Positions 1-12,890 of a stretch of DNA of 64,000 nt are shown piece by piece. The stretch covers positions 46,049,437-46,113,436 of the forward strand of contig NC_087064.1 of NCBI RefSeq assembly GCF_963678635.1. The letters are read 5' to 3'. Below the pieces are notes generated by a model. That model was given only the letters and a program-made list of their open reading frames with translations, did not search any database and was not told where the DNA came from. Position 1 is the first letter of the stretch; each line of letters begins with the position of its first letter. Made by a program: the position numbers and the translations under genes. This stretch comes from Symsagittifera roscoffensis. Its lineage: Eukaryota.

Positions 1-2031
1 AGAAATCATCTGGTAAATTTTTGCCAAAACTTAAAAGTTTGATGCTTTCAGTAAATAGTTTGTGTAAGACAACTCTTATACAATTCAGGTCGTTTCCAAT
101 GCATTGTAATTGCAAGACCATGGAACCTTTGGTGACCCTAGTTTTGAGTAAACCATGGTTTTTGTAACTTGTGTTCACGAGAAATTAAACTGAAAAAAAA
201 AAAAAACAAAAAAAAAAACAATTTTTTGGTTAATGGGACAATGCTTGTCATACAATTTCCATATATGAAAAATCACTAATCATAGACCTTTCATGCAGCT
301 TTCCGTAGGTATGGATTTACAAAAAAAAGTGTATGAGTAGCATTTTTCCTATATGAAAGTTGTATGATTAGCATTTTTGGTAGTGGGATTTTAGCGAAAT
401 TGACTGATATCCCAATTCTATTTCAACGTCTACAATTTCAACGTTATTTTAACTATTATTACTCCTAATTCTTTGGTTCTTTTACCTAATTCAATCAACC
501 TTTACTGCAAACATACGTGAATTTATCTAATTGAGTCACCCTTTACTGGAAAAAATACTTAACTGAAAAATAAACTTTTTTATAGGTTGACTAAAATGAT
601 TTTTCGAGATCTCCCAAAGCACTACAAACACCTTGTTTTGGTCAAATTTTCAGCAGCAGGCAAAATTTCGAAAGAACAGGTCAAAAAAGCGTTTTTAGGC
701 ACTTTTTGGAAAATTATGACCAGAAAAATGGATGTCTCAAATTAGTACAAAGAGGGAACTTTTGCATCGGCAGGGATCGAATCCCTGAAGCCCCCCCAAA
801 AAAATCCTTTGGTGGTGGGCAGAACATTCTGTGCTACTTGCACAGCAACTTGCTAGCCTTGTTTCATAGTAACATCACGACAGTTCCATTTGTTCGAGAT
901 TCGTTGTTGCCGAAGTTTCCTTTGGAAATTAGACTTTTAATTACTATTCAAAAAAAAATAAACACCCCCAATCGATTTAGGGGAGGGCGGATAAAATGAC
1001 TGTTTTTCAGAAATTAACTTCTTCGAAGGCAAAATAAATTGGTCTAATTGATCAAAAAACGTAATCGATAGAAAATTATGATTAATATTTTAGGTTATTA
1101 AAACGTGATATGTTACAATAGCTGGTAATTTTGAGTGTAAAGCAAGTATTAAAATTTGAGAATTATAATACATAATTTAGTCATTTCATTTTCAATCAAT
1201 TATGCAACTACTAAGATAGTTTTTGTAAATACATTTTTCTGGCAGATGAAATGCTACTCAAAAATTCAAAATTTACATTTCTGCAAAAAAGTTTGGCCTT
1301 TGAAGCGAATTATAAATTATGTGCGAAGTAAAAGAAAAAGCGATCCAGCTATTCAATTTGAATCTACCATTTATTGAAATATATCAGCTATTAAAAGTAT
1401 AAAAGAGCTGCTCCGTATAAAAAATTTCTCAACTCGTTGATTCTGCGCACTTGTTTGAAATGAATATCTTATGCGGAATTAAATTTCAGAATTAATACAT
1501 GCTTGGGCAGGACATTCTACGGTAGGTCAAACAGAGGGTGAGACATTGTATGGTTGATCCGAAAAATATAGACCGATTCGAGTCTCTATTGTGTAATGCA
1601 TGTTGTTTTGACTGGGCTCTTTTTTCTCTGATTCAACAACTTTGTTGAAAAAATAATGATTTTTATCCCATATTATTTTTTGCTCACTTTAGGAAGAACT
1701 TTGGGCACCCAGTTTAGATTACAATATGTGACGCCACCGCTTTTGGTAGTTTTTGAGCACATCCGTTCGAGTCCATCAAAGAAAAGCAGGAAAGGTCTCT
1801 TCTGTCTCTTTAGGGAGAACAGTGACACAACTATCTGCAGCCACTTCAGGAATTCCTTTCTCAGCTCACTGAAACATAAAACATTGTCAACTGACAGTTG
1901 GAAAAGAGAAACGAACTTTGAATTTCTAGAACTATTTATGATGGGCGCTTTTTGATAAATTAACCCAACTTGAGAAAACTGGATCAAAAGTGCATATATA
2001 CCTAAGTGCATTCATAAATGAATTATTATGT

Positions 2032-5000
2032 ATGAATGCACATCTGTATATATTAGAGCATGACTTTTTCCTGAAATAAAAAAATCACCTATCTACGTTT
2101 ATTATTCTTCACTACGTTCATTATTCACAAAAATGGGCTTTTTACATAAAGGCAAAGCTGTCACTTCACAAACACAAGCGACAAATAACAAAAAAAGAGC
2201 TCCTTTAATTAGAGAAAATAAGCCGAGAAAAAATCTTTGAAAAACAAAAGCTTGTGAAGACTAGGAGATGCAAGTGAAGGACCACCCGAACAGGAGACAC
2301 CTGCCTTAAACACTTACCTTCAAAAACAAGGGGAGATTTTTGCGGAGTTTCGCAAAAGAGGCAATTCGAAAGCTAAAAATTTCTTTTTCAACCAGTTCTC
2401 TTGCCTCAAAACAAATTTTACAAAAGAATTCAACTCCAGGCAACACCTTTTAACACGAAAACCATCAACATGTCTGCAGTTAGAGTTAAAAGGACACAAA
2501 AAAGGCACCGCCACATCATCGTTAAAAAGTCGAGTCAGAGAGCAAAAAAAAATTGAACAAGGAGCCGCACTTTCAATTGAAATGCAGATTTGATTAAAAT
2601 TTCAATGATCTTTCCAGTCGCTCTCAGATCAGACATCCTTTTACATCAGTTTTTTCATGGTGATATTTAATAACGTATTTTGAAGTTTTTCGTGGGGTTG
2701 ATTCTTAGCATTCAAAATTTCGGCGCTAGAGCCTTAACGATCTGAAATACAACAAGAAATACAAAAAGAGGTAATTATTCCGACAGAAATAAAGCCGACA
2801 GCCAATAAGCTAAATATCAATTAAAACCTTTTGGCAAAACCAGATTGGAACAAAAAATGCATGAACTAACCACATACGATCCACAAGAATTATATATGTT
2901 TTATACGCAGGGTATTAAACATAATTCGGAAATTAAACCGACAAAGCTTAAGTCGACAAACAACAGCAAGAAACTAATACCGAAATTGTATACTTATGCA
3001 CACAATGGTTATAATTCTAGCTATTGAGTTTTAAAAAAAACTATACTAGCAGACACTAGTTAAATTTAATTTTTAAGACATTGAGCATTTCAGCAGCATC
3101 ACAAATGATTCAAAAGCTTTTATTAACTAAGTTCTTTACCCGAAAAAAAATCTGTATTCCGATTTGATAACACTTGCATCAAAAATTACATTATCTGCAT
3201 AAGTTTGAATTTTTTTTCTTCGAAATAAAGGAGAACAGAAACGTTATATTTAAAGAGCCATCAGACCGTAGTATCCTACCTTAAAGGCAAATGTTCCGAG
3301 AATAAACTGCTGACAAACCTAGTTATTTTAAAAGTGAGCGAAAAAAATAAACATGTTCATACAGTGCTGATTTAAATTATCCGGAAAAAACGAACGAAAC
3401 TTGAACTTTCAAACGCGTTTTCCTCAAATTGAGTGGAGATGAGACAAAAAGCGAAGAGAACAAAAGTTGCTTAGAATTTCACCAGAATTAATATGGTGCC
3501 ATTTTTTCCCGAAATTTTCAACAAAAATTTTACCCCAAAAATGGGTCATTTTGGCTTTTTTCAATTAATCAAGAATTGCGCTGAAATTACTTTGTTAATT
3601 GATAAGAAAATTATATCACAAGAAGCTTCCTATGCAGCTCAACAAGGTTTAAGAACGGTTAAGTCTCCAAAAATGAATGCACATCTATATATTAGAGCAT
3701 GACTTTTTTCCTGAAATAAAAAAATCACCTATCTACGTTTATTATTCTTCACTACGTTCATTATTCACAAAAATGGGCTTTTTACATAAAGGCAAAGCTG
3801 TCACTTCACAAACACAAGCGACAAATAACAAAAAAAGAGCTCCTTTAATTAGAGAAAATAAGCCGAGAAAAAATCTTTGAAAAACAAAAGCTTGTGAAGA
3901 CTAGGAGATGCAAGTGAAGGACCACCCGAACAGGAGACACCTGCCTTAAACACTTACCTTCAAAAACAAGGGGAGATTTTTGCGGAGTTTCGCAAAAGAG
4001 GCAATTCGAAAGCTAAAAATTTCTTTTTCAACCAGTTCTCTTGCCTCAAAACAAATTTTACAAAAGAATTCAACTCCAGGCAACACCTTTTAACACGAAA
4101 ACCATCAACATGTCTGCAGTTAGAGTTAAAAGGACACAAAAAAGGCACCGCCACATCATTGGTAAAAAGTCGAGTCAGAGAGCAAAAAAAATTGAACAAG
4201 GAGCCGCACTTTCAATTGAAATGCAGATTTGATTAAAATTTCAATGATCTTTCCAGTCGCTCTCAGATCAGACATCCTTTTACATCAGTTTTTTCATGGT
4301 GATATTTAATAACGTATTTTGAAGTTTTTCGTGGGGTTGATTCTTAGCATTCAAAATTTCGGCGCTAGAGCCTTAACGATCTGAAATACAACAAGAAATA
4401 CAAAAAGAGGTAATTATTCCGACAGAAATAAAGCCGACAGCCAATAAGCTAAATATCAATTAAAACCTTTTGGCAAAACCAGATTGGAACAAAAAATGCA
4501 TGAACTAACCACATACGATCCACAAGAATTATATATGTTTTATACGCAGGGTATTAAACATAATTCGGAAATTAAACCGACAAAGCTTAAGTCGACAAAC
4601 AACAGCAAGAAACTAATACCGAAATTGTATACTTATGCACACAATGGTTATAATTCTAGCTATTGAGTTTTAAAAAAAACTATACTAGCAGACACTAGTT
4701 AAATTTAATTTTTAAGACATTGAGCATTTCAGCAGCATCACAAATGATTCAAAAGCTTTTGTTAACTAAGTTCTTTACCCGAAAAAAAATCTGTATTCCG
4801 ATTTGATAACACTTGCATCAAAAATTACATTATCTGCATAAGTTTGAATTTTTTTTCTTCGAAATAAAGGAGAACAGAAACGTTATATTTAAAGAGCCAT
4901 CAGACCGTAGTATCCTACCTTAAAGGCAAATGTTCCGAGAATAAACTGCTGACAAACCTAGTTATTTTAAAAGTGAGCGAAAAAAATAAACATGTTCATA

Positions 5001-5312
5001 CAGTGCTGATTTAAATTATCCGGAAAAAACGAACGAAACTTGAACTTTCAAACGCGTTTTCCTCAAATTGAGTGGAGATGAGACAAAAAGCGAAGAGAAC
5101 AAAAGTTGCTTAGAATTTCACCAGAATTAATATGGTGCCATTTTTTCCCGAAATTTTCAACAAAAATTTCACCCCAAAAATGGGTCATTTTGGCTTTTTT
5201 CAATTAATCAAGAATTGCGCTGAAATTACTTTGTTAATTGATAAGAAAATTATATCACAAGAAGCTTCCTATGCAGCTCAACAAGGTTTAAGAAGGGTTA
5301 AGTCTCCAAAAA
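2032..5312. repeat. Direct tandem duplication, two copies of about 1641 bp (2032-3672 and 3673-5312), about 99% identical.
   Basis: The unit start atgaatgcacatct(g/a)tatatattagagcatgac recurs at 2032 and 3673. The ORF pairs 2320..2514 / 3960..4199 and 2845..3027 / 4484..4666 are identical, confirming the duplication. The unit begins within the tail of an R1-family copy. Confidence 0.85.
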
Positions 5313-5713
5313 CCAGTATATGAGAAAAAATTTTCATTGATAGTCAATAAATGTGATTTTTACTATATAAAACCCAGAATCTCTGTTGAAAAATAAATTT
5401 TAAACAATTTGCTCAAATTTTTGTAGACTTAACCCTTCTTAAACCTTGTTGAGCTGCGTAAGAGGCTTCTTGTGATATAATTTTCTTATCAACTAACAAA
5501 GTAGTTTCAGCGTGACCCATTTTTGGGGTAAAATTTTTGTTGAGTTTGTTGAGAATTTCGGATAAAAAATGGCACCATATTAACTCTGGTGAAATTCTAA
5601 GCAGCTTTTGTTCTCTTCACTTTTTGTCTAATCTTTACCCAATTTGAGAAAAACGCGTTTGAAAATTCATGTTTTGTTCGTTTTGTCCGGATAATATAAA
5701 TCAGCACTGTATA
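4999..5713. repeat. Inverted repeat or foldback. Arms of about 300 bp (4999-5302 and 5427-5713) flank a spacer of about 124 bp.
   Basis: 5427-5713 is the reverse complement of the 3' end of tandem copy 2. For example, 5560-5600 ggcaccatattaactctggtgaaattctaagcag is the reverse complement of 5110-5140. Identity is high. Confidence 0.8.
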
Positions 5714-8700
5714 CAGATACCTCCTCAGAAAAACTTGACGGAATGAATTTTTGAAACAAAAAAAAACAACTGAAAAAACATTAAAAAATGACGTAGCTGT
5801 TGATCAGAAATGTGTTTCGGTTTGTTCTCCTTTGATCATCATTATGTTTTGCATCGTTTTGATTGGCATAGTGATATTATGTTTCTCGAACTGATGCTCA
5901 CTCACGCGTTAAAAAAGTTCAGTTCTTCAACAGGTGTAACTTTTTGCAAGAAAACTATAATATATCGAATCTTGGAAAAAAATTCCGAAAAAAATGTCGA
6001 ATGAATTTCCACTTGCTTCTTCTTGTTCAGCAACTAGTGCAAAAAACACTTCGAATGGCACAAAAAAGACATTAAAAAAAGCAAATAAAATGAAAAAATG
6101 AATTGAAAAAAAATTGTAACGCTAACCAAAACATTCACAAGTTTGTCTCGAATGAAATTAAGCGTCAAAAACACTATTGCCAGCTTTCAATTAGCATTGA
6201 AAAAAACCGGGCGTTAACGAAAACGATAATACTCACAAAAACTAAATTGTTGACATAAAAAAAATTGAGCAGTGAATATTTGTTGAAGTCTTCTCAAGAC
6301 CAAACATGCAGGAAAACCAAAATTTGCACATCATATGACAAAAAAAGAGCCATATTTAACCAAATAACAACTAAACCAAAACCATTGCAGCCCAATGAGC
6401 ATTTTAAGCAAAAAAACTGACCGTAAACCGATAGGCTAAACCTGCAATTTAAAGTAAGATATCAAAATAACGTTCAGGCTCAGTACTCAAAACGTTCAAG
6501 CTTTATCTAGTGGTTTTCAGATATTCCAAACTTAAACTATGAAGTACGACGTAAAATGCCGACAGCATACAACTGCACATTCCATAATTGAGAAAAAGTT
6601 CTACAACGACTAGTTTTTTTTGTAAAAATCCTTATTTCTTCACAAGGATTCTTGTTCAAATTATTAGATTAAGTTATTATTAGGGTTGATTTTATTTATA
6701 ATTTACTGCCATCAATAGTTTGATTCAGCGTAATTAAAAATAAATATCAGAATTTTTTTTGAAAAATCTGTTTATTAAAATCGTCATATCTCAGAAACTA
6801 AGAAAGACTTAATTTCAAACCAAATGTGCAACGGCCGAGAAAGCACCAAAGCATCACATCATGGGGCTGAACTTTTGAATAGTATTTTTTAAACTGTTTT
6901 CGAAAAATCATAACACAAATTTCATATCTCGGAAACTAAGGCGATTTGAGCGATCATTATTTGAGTCCACATCTGCAACCTTTTGAAATTACCCAACCAT
7001 AGGGTCGAGCAGCTAAATTATTTTTTTAATTTAAATATTTGGAGGCAAGATTTGCAACGTTTGCTGAGATTACCATAGGGTTGACCATTACAGTTTTTTC
7101 ATATCTAAGTTAGTTAAAAGTTTTTGAAAAATCATACAAAAAGGCGAGCATTCATACTTTTAGGCTAAAATGGCAACCTTTGAGAAAGCACTCAGTGCAT
7201 ACCACCACAGGTTAGCTAGCTTCGAATTTTATGATTTCAATGCTGAAACGAAAAACTTCAAAGTTTTTCCTTGGAAATGAAGAAAAAACTGTTAAGACAT
7301 TCGCGTTCCACGAGTTGTATGGTGAAAACAAATGTTGACTTTAGAAGTTTGCAATCAGTAGTTTATATGAATAAAAAGCTTTCTTGAACACTCGTACAGT
7401 ATATTTCAAATCGTCGACTTCAAAAAACATTTTAACACTATATTGCCTTTATAGCATGTCAACATAGGGACTTCTTAAACATGTGACACGTGAAACACCA
7501 GTTAATTATAGTATAGATTGTTTGAATGGCGGAGTGCGTCTGCAACTGTAGGGATCGGATGCCGAGTTTTTTGTGAACCCGCTCGTCATTAGTTTCAATT
7601 AATTGTTTGCCCTCCTGTGTACTTACTGTAGTTTACTTTTGCTTGGAAGTATTCAAACTTGTCTTGTTTTAGTTTTCACTCTCGACTCTTGACCTGATGT
7701 TACTTTAAAATATGCTGCCCTTTGGAATATACTGTGTGGAGAGAGGAAGCTTCGATCATTACAGCATAGAAAACAGAAGTTAAAATAATTAACGTGACGT
7801 GACTGTTACAAGATTTTTTGCAGAAAAAACTTAGACGGTAAATGCTAATAGTGTTAATGATGGCTTAAGTTATACTTTATTTAAAAGCATTTAGTTTTGT
7901 GTCACAGAATACGTAGATTGAATTACGAGTAAGGACGATGGCCTCAATTAAGTTGGATCGCGTCATCGGTGACGTAAATTGAAAAAAATCAATTACAAAA
8001 CCGGCATTAAATGGAGTGAAATTGTAGTGGGGTGAATTGGCTACGGCGAGTACCTAGTGCTCGAAAACAAAATCGCTAAAGAATTTACCGTACCTCGACA
8101 ACAAAATTGATTCTCATGATTTTTACTCAGTTTTTTGTTTTAATCAATTTTTTGTTTTGACGAATTTTCGTTCCGACAAATTATTGTTTTTGTTCCTTTT
8201 AAGTCTTTGGGGATACTGAAAGATAAATGTACTAATGCGCCAATTGTACTATTTTGAAGAGCGTAATTTGCCTTCCATTTAGCAAATGCATTTGATAAGA
8301 ACTTTGAAAGAGAAATCAAAAGTTTGACCACAAAATCAAATTTGAGCCCAAACAATTCAATTGTTTCCAGAAAAATCATGTCTTCAGTTGGTTCATTGGC
8401 ATTATTCTGGCTCGACAACAATGATCGTATAAAAAAAAACATGGAACAAACCTTCAAAGCAAAAAGATTCATGAAATGACATGAAGGAAGCGCTCCCTGG
8501 AAAGATAGTGAGCGCCCCTTAATGATACGATTTTTAAGGCATCAAAAAGAGTTAAGTGATGCCTTCAAAGCGTAAAGATGAAAAGTTACGCTGATATTCT
8601 CATTCATGCGCAGCTGGCAAGAATAGTTCCACATCAATCGCAAATTGGTACAGTTTATGATCTCACAGTAAAGTTAAAACACTCGACTGTTCGAACCAGT

Positions 8701-10226
8701 GATAAAAATTTGATCAACGCAATTGCCACGTTATGTTTTTCCTTGGTTATGGCTACATATCAACAAAGCAGCGAGATAAGAGTTTTTTCATCGAGTGAAA
8801 ACAACCAACATGTCACCCATGTTTTTTCATTAAAAAATTCTAGCAAAATTATTTCGAGTTTACTAGCAAACTAACTTGAGCTGGCCATCATTCGAAATAA
8901 AAACGAAAATTTAGCATAGAACTTGATTTGATTAAAAACCTTTTCTCGATTAAACGTTTTCATATTTCTTCAGTATGAAGGCGTTTCCACGGAGATTAAA
9001 ACGGCCAAATCCATTTTTGATTAATTTTCAAACTATAATTATTCTACGTTGCGAACTCGTTTCCTCCGAAGAGTGAAAATGGTTTCTTGTTGATTAAAAT
9101 GTGAGCAACACAACAAAGTCAACTCAGCGGGACTGAGCTTTTAATTTTTGAGTCTTTTAGTGTTCTATGAAATCTTTGAAAATTAATTAAATCTGCCTAA
9201 AAATAGTGCGAGCCTTTTGTTAGAAATAATTCCCACAACATTCTCAAATATATCCCGCTTTGATATAACTTCACTTAAATTGAGATTGAACTAAAAATCT
9301 GACAATGAGATGAGCGCTGACTTTTTACGGAATTTTCTGCTAAGTTCCTTTTGAAACTAAGTCGAACCCAAAAGAAGATTTTTTTGTTTTGATTCCGCTC
9401 TTTTTGCGACTTTTGTTGTTCCAACTAATGAAAATGGAGAGGAACTTTGTATTCGGGTGTGTTTTGGTTGTTCTTTTTTTCACGCAAAATCAGGTTCCTC
9501 AAATAATTATCGTGAAGGAAGTTTACCTGCTATCCTTGTTGCACTTTAGAAACTTATAATTAATTGAACTTTACCGTCTACGCAATGTTAAATCATCGCA
9601 GAGTAGATATTTTAATTGAGAAAGAGAATTCTCAATGTATGGTCCCGTAGAGATTATTTTCCTGCCTGTTTTCAGCGATTGCGTCCACCAACTGTTGGTA
9701 ACAGAGAAGCAACCATTTTTTATTCCCAGCAAACAACAATCTTGAAATTTCAAAGTGAAACTTGGCTTCATGGTAATTGGCATAATGATTCCATTTCTCA
9801 AAAACTCAGTATATGAAAAAATCTTTTACTAAGCACAACTTTGTTTGTTAAAAAAATTATCGCAAAGTGGTGAAACCTGACGAGGACGTAGCTATAAGCT
9901 TTGTGTCTATACGCGAGCGATAATTGCTTTGATTGAGATAAAAAAACAAATAAGCGTAAATTTAAATTTCGTTTTGATAATCTCTTTATTCGTCAAGGAC
10001 ATGTAAAATTTCATTTTCGACCTATTTCGGCGAAGTGCATGCTGTTCAAATTTGATTCGACATGCGTATGCTGATTGACACGCATGCTAAGAGGCCATTC
10101 CAAATGGCATACAGGTCTTTTTTGTTTTTGTAAAATTTGACTGTTGACGTTCTGCGTGAGTATATTTGTGACGATAATTGTTGAAAATTGACAGAAATTG
10201 CCGAAGTTTTTATAATTATATATTTA

Positions 10227-10415
10227 TCAGACTAACTTGGAGCTCAGTGGAACTTCCATGTCATCAAGATGGAAGTCGATTTTGAAGTTCTTCAACAAGC
10301 GGGTCAAAATTGATTCCACACTTTCTGCACCCCCCACAAAATGGTAGAACAACCCGGTCTCCACTGAACATGTTTCATCCCCTCCTGTTCCTTCGAATTC
10401 CTTAATAAGCGAAGC
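10227..10415 (-). CDS. Candidate 3'-terminal coding exon of an unidentified gene.
   Basis: Minus ORF 10227..10481 has good acceptors at ttcatttcag|GCTTCG (10415/10416) or aaattgcag|GTGTTC (about 10463). The peptide is ASLIKEFEGTGGDETCSVETGLFYHFVGGAESVESILTRLLKNFKIDFHLDDMEVPLSSKLV*. It is not low-complexity and is about 42% GC against an AT-rich background. I found no family match. Upstream exons would lie beyond the satellite arrays. Confidence 0.25.
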   Translation of the reverse strand, partial: ASLIKEFEGTGGDETCSVETGLFYHFVGGAESVESILTRLLKNFKIDFHLDDMEVPLSSKLV

Positions 10416-10839
10416 CTGAAATGAAGTCGATGAAAAATTCAATAGAACACCTGCAATTTGTAATTGACAATTAAAATTCAATTTGACGCCTGCAAAGGTC
10501 TATAAAAATAGCCATGTTTTCAAATTGACATTTTTGAACCCAAATTTCAACAACTAATCGGAAATGGAAACGTATTTTTGCAATCTGAAAACTATTTGAC
10601 AGGAAATGATGAGCGCTTCAACATGCGTCAAGGCCCAAGCGTCAAAATATTCCAACATAGAAGAAATGCAGATTTTTCAACCTAAGGTTGGTATTTCGAA
10701 AAAAAAACCCAAGAAAAGAAACCATTTAATAATAACTAGCGTGTAACGCACCACCGGTGCTTCGAACTTTTGACAACTCAGGAAAAATCGCAAATAATGG
10801 AAACCAGATCTGCAGGCTTTTAGTGTACTCTGACAGCAC

Positions 10840-11800
10840 CCAATTACATGGTTAGGAATTTCAAACTTTCAAGAAAAAAAATTTACTCGAAAATTCTCAA
10901 AAAACGTCATATCTCGAAAACTATATAAGAATTTGAGCAGTCATATTTGGAGGCAAGATTCGCAACCCCTGAGAGTACCCTGAAATTTACTCGAAAAATT
11001 ACAAAAAAACGTCATATCTCGAAAGCTATAAGAAGTTGAGCAGTCATATTTGGAGGCAAGAATCGCAACCCTTGAGAGTACCCTGAAATCACACAACTAC
11101 AGGGTAAGGCATTTCAAATTTTGAAGAAAAAAAATCGTTAAGTTTTCTGAAATTTTTTTGAAAAATCACAAAACACGTCATATCTCGAAACTACAAAGAT
11201 TGGAGCAGTCATAACTGGAGGCAAGGTTCGCAACCCCTGAGAGTACTCTGATAGCCCCCAATTACAGGATTGGGAACTTCAAATTTTGAAGAAAAAAAAT
11301 CGTTAAGTTTTCTGAAATTTTTTTGAAAAATCACAAAACACGTCATATCTCGAAACTACAAAGATTTGAGCAGTCAACTTTGGAGTCAAGATTCGAAACT
11401 TCTGAGAGTACTCTGACAGCACTCAGATACAAGGTAAGGAATTTTAAAATTGAAAAAAAAAATAATTCAACTTTTCTGAAATTTTTGTGAAAAATCACAA
11501 AAAAACGCCATATCTCGAAAACTACAAGGATTTGAGCAGTCAAATTTGGAGGCAAAACTCGCAACTCATGAGAGTACTCTGACAGCACTCAGATACAAGG
11601 TAAGGAATTTTAAAATTGAAAAAAATAATAATTCAACTTTTCTGAAATTTTTGTGAAAAATCACAAAAAAACGCCATATCTCGAAAACTACAAGGATTTG
11701 AGCAGTCATATTTGGAGGCAAAACTCGCAATTCATGAGAGTACCCTGACAGCACCCAACCAAAGGGTAAGGCATTTCAAATTTTGAAAACAATTAAATCA
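10840..11800. repeat. 165-bp satellite array, about 6 units.
   Basis: The motif cg(t/c)catatctcgaaa(a)cta(c/t)aa(g)gatttgagcagtca(t/a)atttggaggcaag(a)ttcgcaac(c/t)c.tgagagtac(t/c)ctga.agcac recurs with periods of 163-167 bp, at 11011, 11178, 11341, 11508 and 11672. The adjacent ORFs 11343..11588 and 11566..11754 are near-identical translation artifacts. Related arrays lie at 6780-7185, 40780-41380 and 41515-41600. Confidence 0.8.
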
Positions 11801-11821
11801 AGTTTTTTGAAAATTTAAGTT

Positions 11822-12540
11822 TTAATTTAGATAAAAAAAGATACTAAAAAAATAGAAAAAAGATCGAAAAGAAGGATTGAAAAAGAAATCGAAAAAGGCT
11901 TGAAAAAATTTAAGAAAAAGGAGAATCAAAAAAATACAAAAAATAGAAAAAAAAGATCGAAAAGAAGGATAGAAAAAGATTGAAAAAGAAGGATCGAAAA
12001 AAGACAAAAATAAGATTTGAAAAAAAGATTGAAAAAGGATCGAAAAAAAGATAAAGATAAAAAAAAGATAGGAAAACACATCGAAAAAAAATATTGAAAA
12101 AAGAAACGACAGAAAAAAATAGAAAAAAGAGAACAAAAGGTCGAAAAAGAAAGATCGAAAAAAGATAAAAGAAAGATGAAAAAAAACATCGAAAAAGAGG
12201 GATCGAAAAAGAAGGATCGATAACATTGAAAAAAAAGATAGAAAAAAAAGTCGAAAAAGAAGGATTGAAAAAAAAAGATAAGAAAAAAAATCGAAAAAGA
12301 AGGATCGGAAAAAAACATCGAATATGATTGAAAAAAAAGATCGAAAAAGAAAGATCGAAAACAAAGATCAAAAAAGAAGGATTAAAAAAAGATAAAAAGA
12401 TCAAAGAAAAGATAGAGAGAAAAAAGATCGAAAAAGAAGGATCGAAAAAGAAGGATTGAAAAAAAACTTAGAAAAAAGATAGAAAAGATCGAAAAAGAAG
12501 GATCGAAAAAATAAGGATAAAGAAACAGGAAAAAAAATAT
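11822..12540. repeat. Purine-rich (AG) minisatellite of about 720 bp, with the degenerate unit GATCGAAAAAGAAGGA.
   Basis: The plus strand is almost entirely A and G, with (GAAAAAGAAGGATC)n-like units. The large minus-strand F/S/L-rich ORFs (11822..12763) are translation artifacts of this tract. Confidence 0.85.
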
Positions 12541-12744
12541 AGTAAATCCAACTAAAGATAAAGAGAAAGAATTGGAGACAACAGTTTGACAGTAGTATTA
12601 TTTTGAACTGAATCGTCGAAACCAAATTGAAAGTTAAAAAATTAGGAGACGGGTAGACAGGCATAATCAAATTAAATGAAAAAGCAGGTATACAGACAGA
12701 CAGACCTAATTTGGCCTCGAAAAAAAAATTACTGATAACTAATT

Positions 12745-12890
12745 GAAAAATTTTCTTAAGCATTGCAATATATGATATAGCTTAAACATGAAAAAATTCT
12801 TTCGTTAAACATGCAAAATTATTATGCTTAAACATGGGAGATAGCTGTCACTCGCATTTAAATATAGTATAGATAGATATAGATAGTGAT
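12745..12890. repeat. Short dispersed repeat. A second copy lies at 41685-41830.
   Basis: The shared sequence is ..cttaagcattgcaatata.gatatagcttaaac.tg.aaa....tt.cgtt.aacatgcaa.a....atagtatagatagata... Each copy sits at the distal edge of a satellite array. Confidence 0.6.

Noticed and set aside
745-790. tRNA T-arm-like hairpin cagggatcgaatccctg, with similar hairpins at 15588 and 56380-56460, considered as tRNA genes.
   Set aside because: No complementary acceptor stem, D-arm or anticodon arm could be folded around them. They sit inside repeat copies (the 760-1000 family recurs at 61800-62000). They are tRNA-derived SINE or MITE modules, not tRNA genes.
1656-2011. Overlapping 99-aa plus and 112-aa minus ORFs.
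   Set aside because: They lie over an R1-family repeat copy and the start of the tandem duplication. There is no homology and no splice context.
8140-8874. A minus ORF of 110 aa and a plus ORF of 98 aa in a unique region.
   Set aside because: The composition is low-complexity and AT-driven (K, N, S and I rich). There are no splice signals or motifs. They are probably noncoding.
10840-11800. A regular array of repeats with period about 165 bp, which looks superficially like a CRISPR array.
   Set aside because: This is a eukaryotic sequence. The units are 165 bp with no short spacer and repeat alternation, and there are no cas genes. It is a satellite.
11822-12763. Four overlapping minus-strand ORFs of 120-180 aa, rich in F, S and L.
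   Set aside because: They are the reverse-strand translation of a polypurine (GAAAAAGAAGGATC)n minisatellite. The composition is extreme, with no start or splice context. They are not coding.
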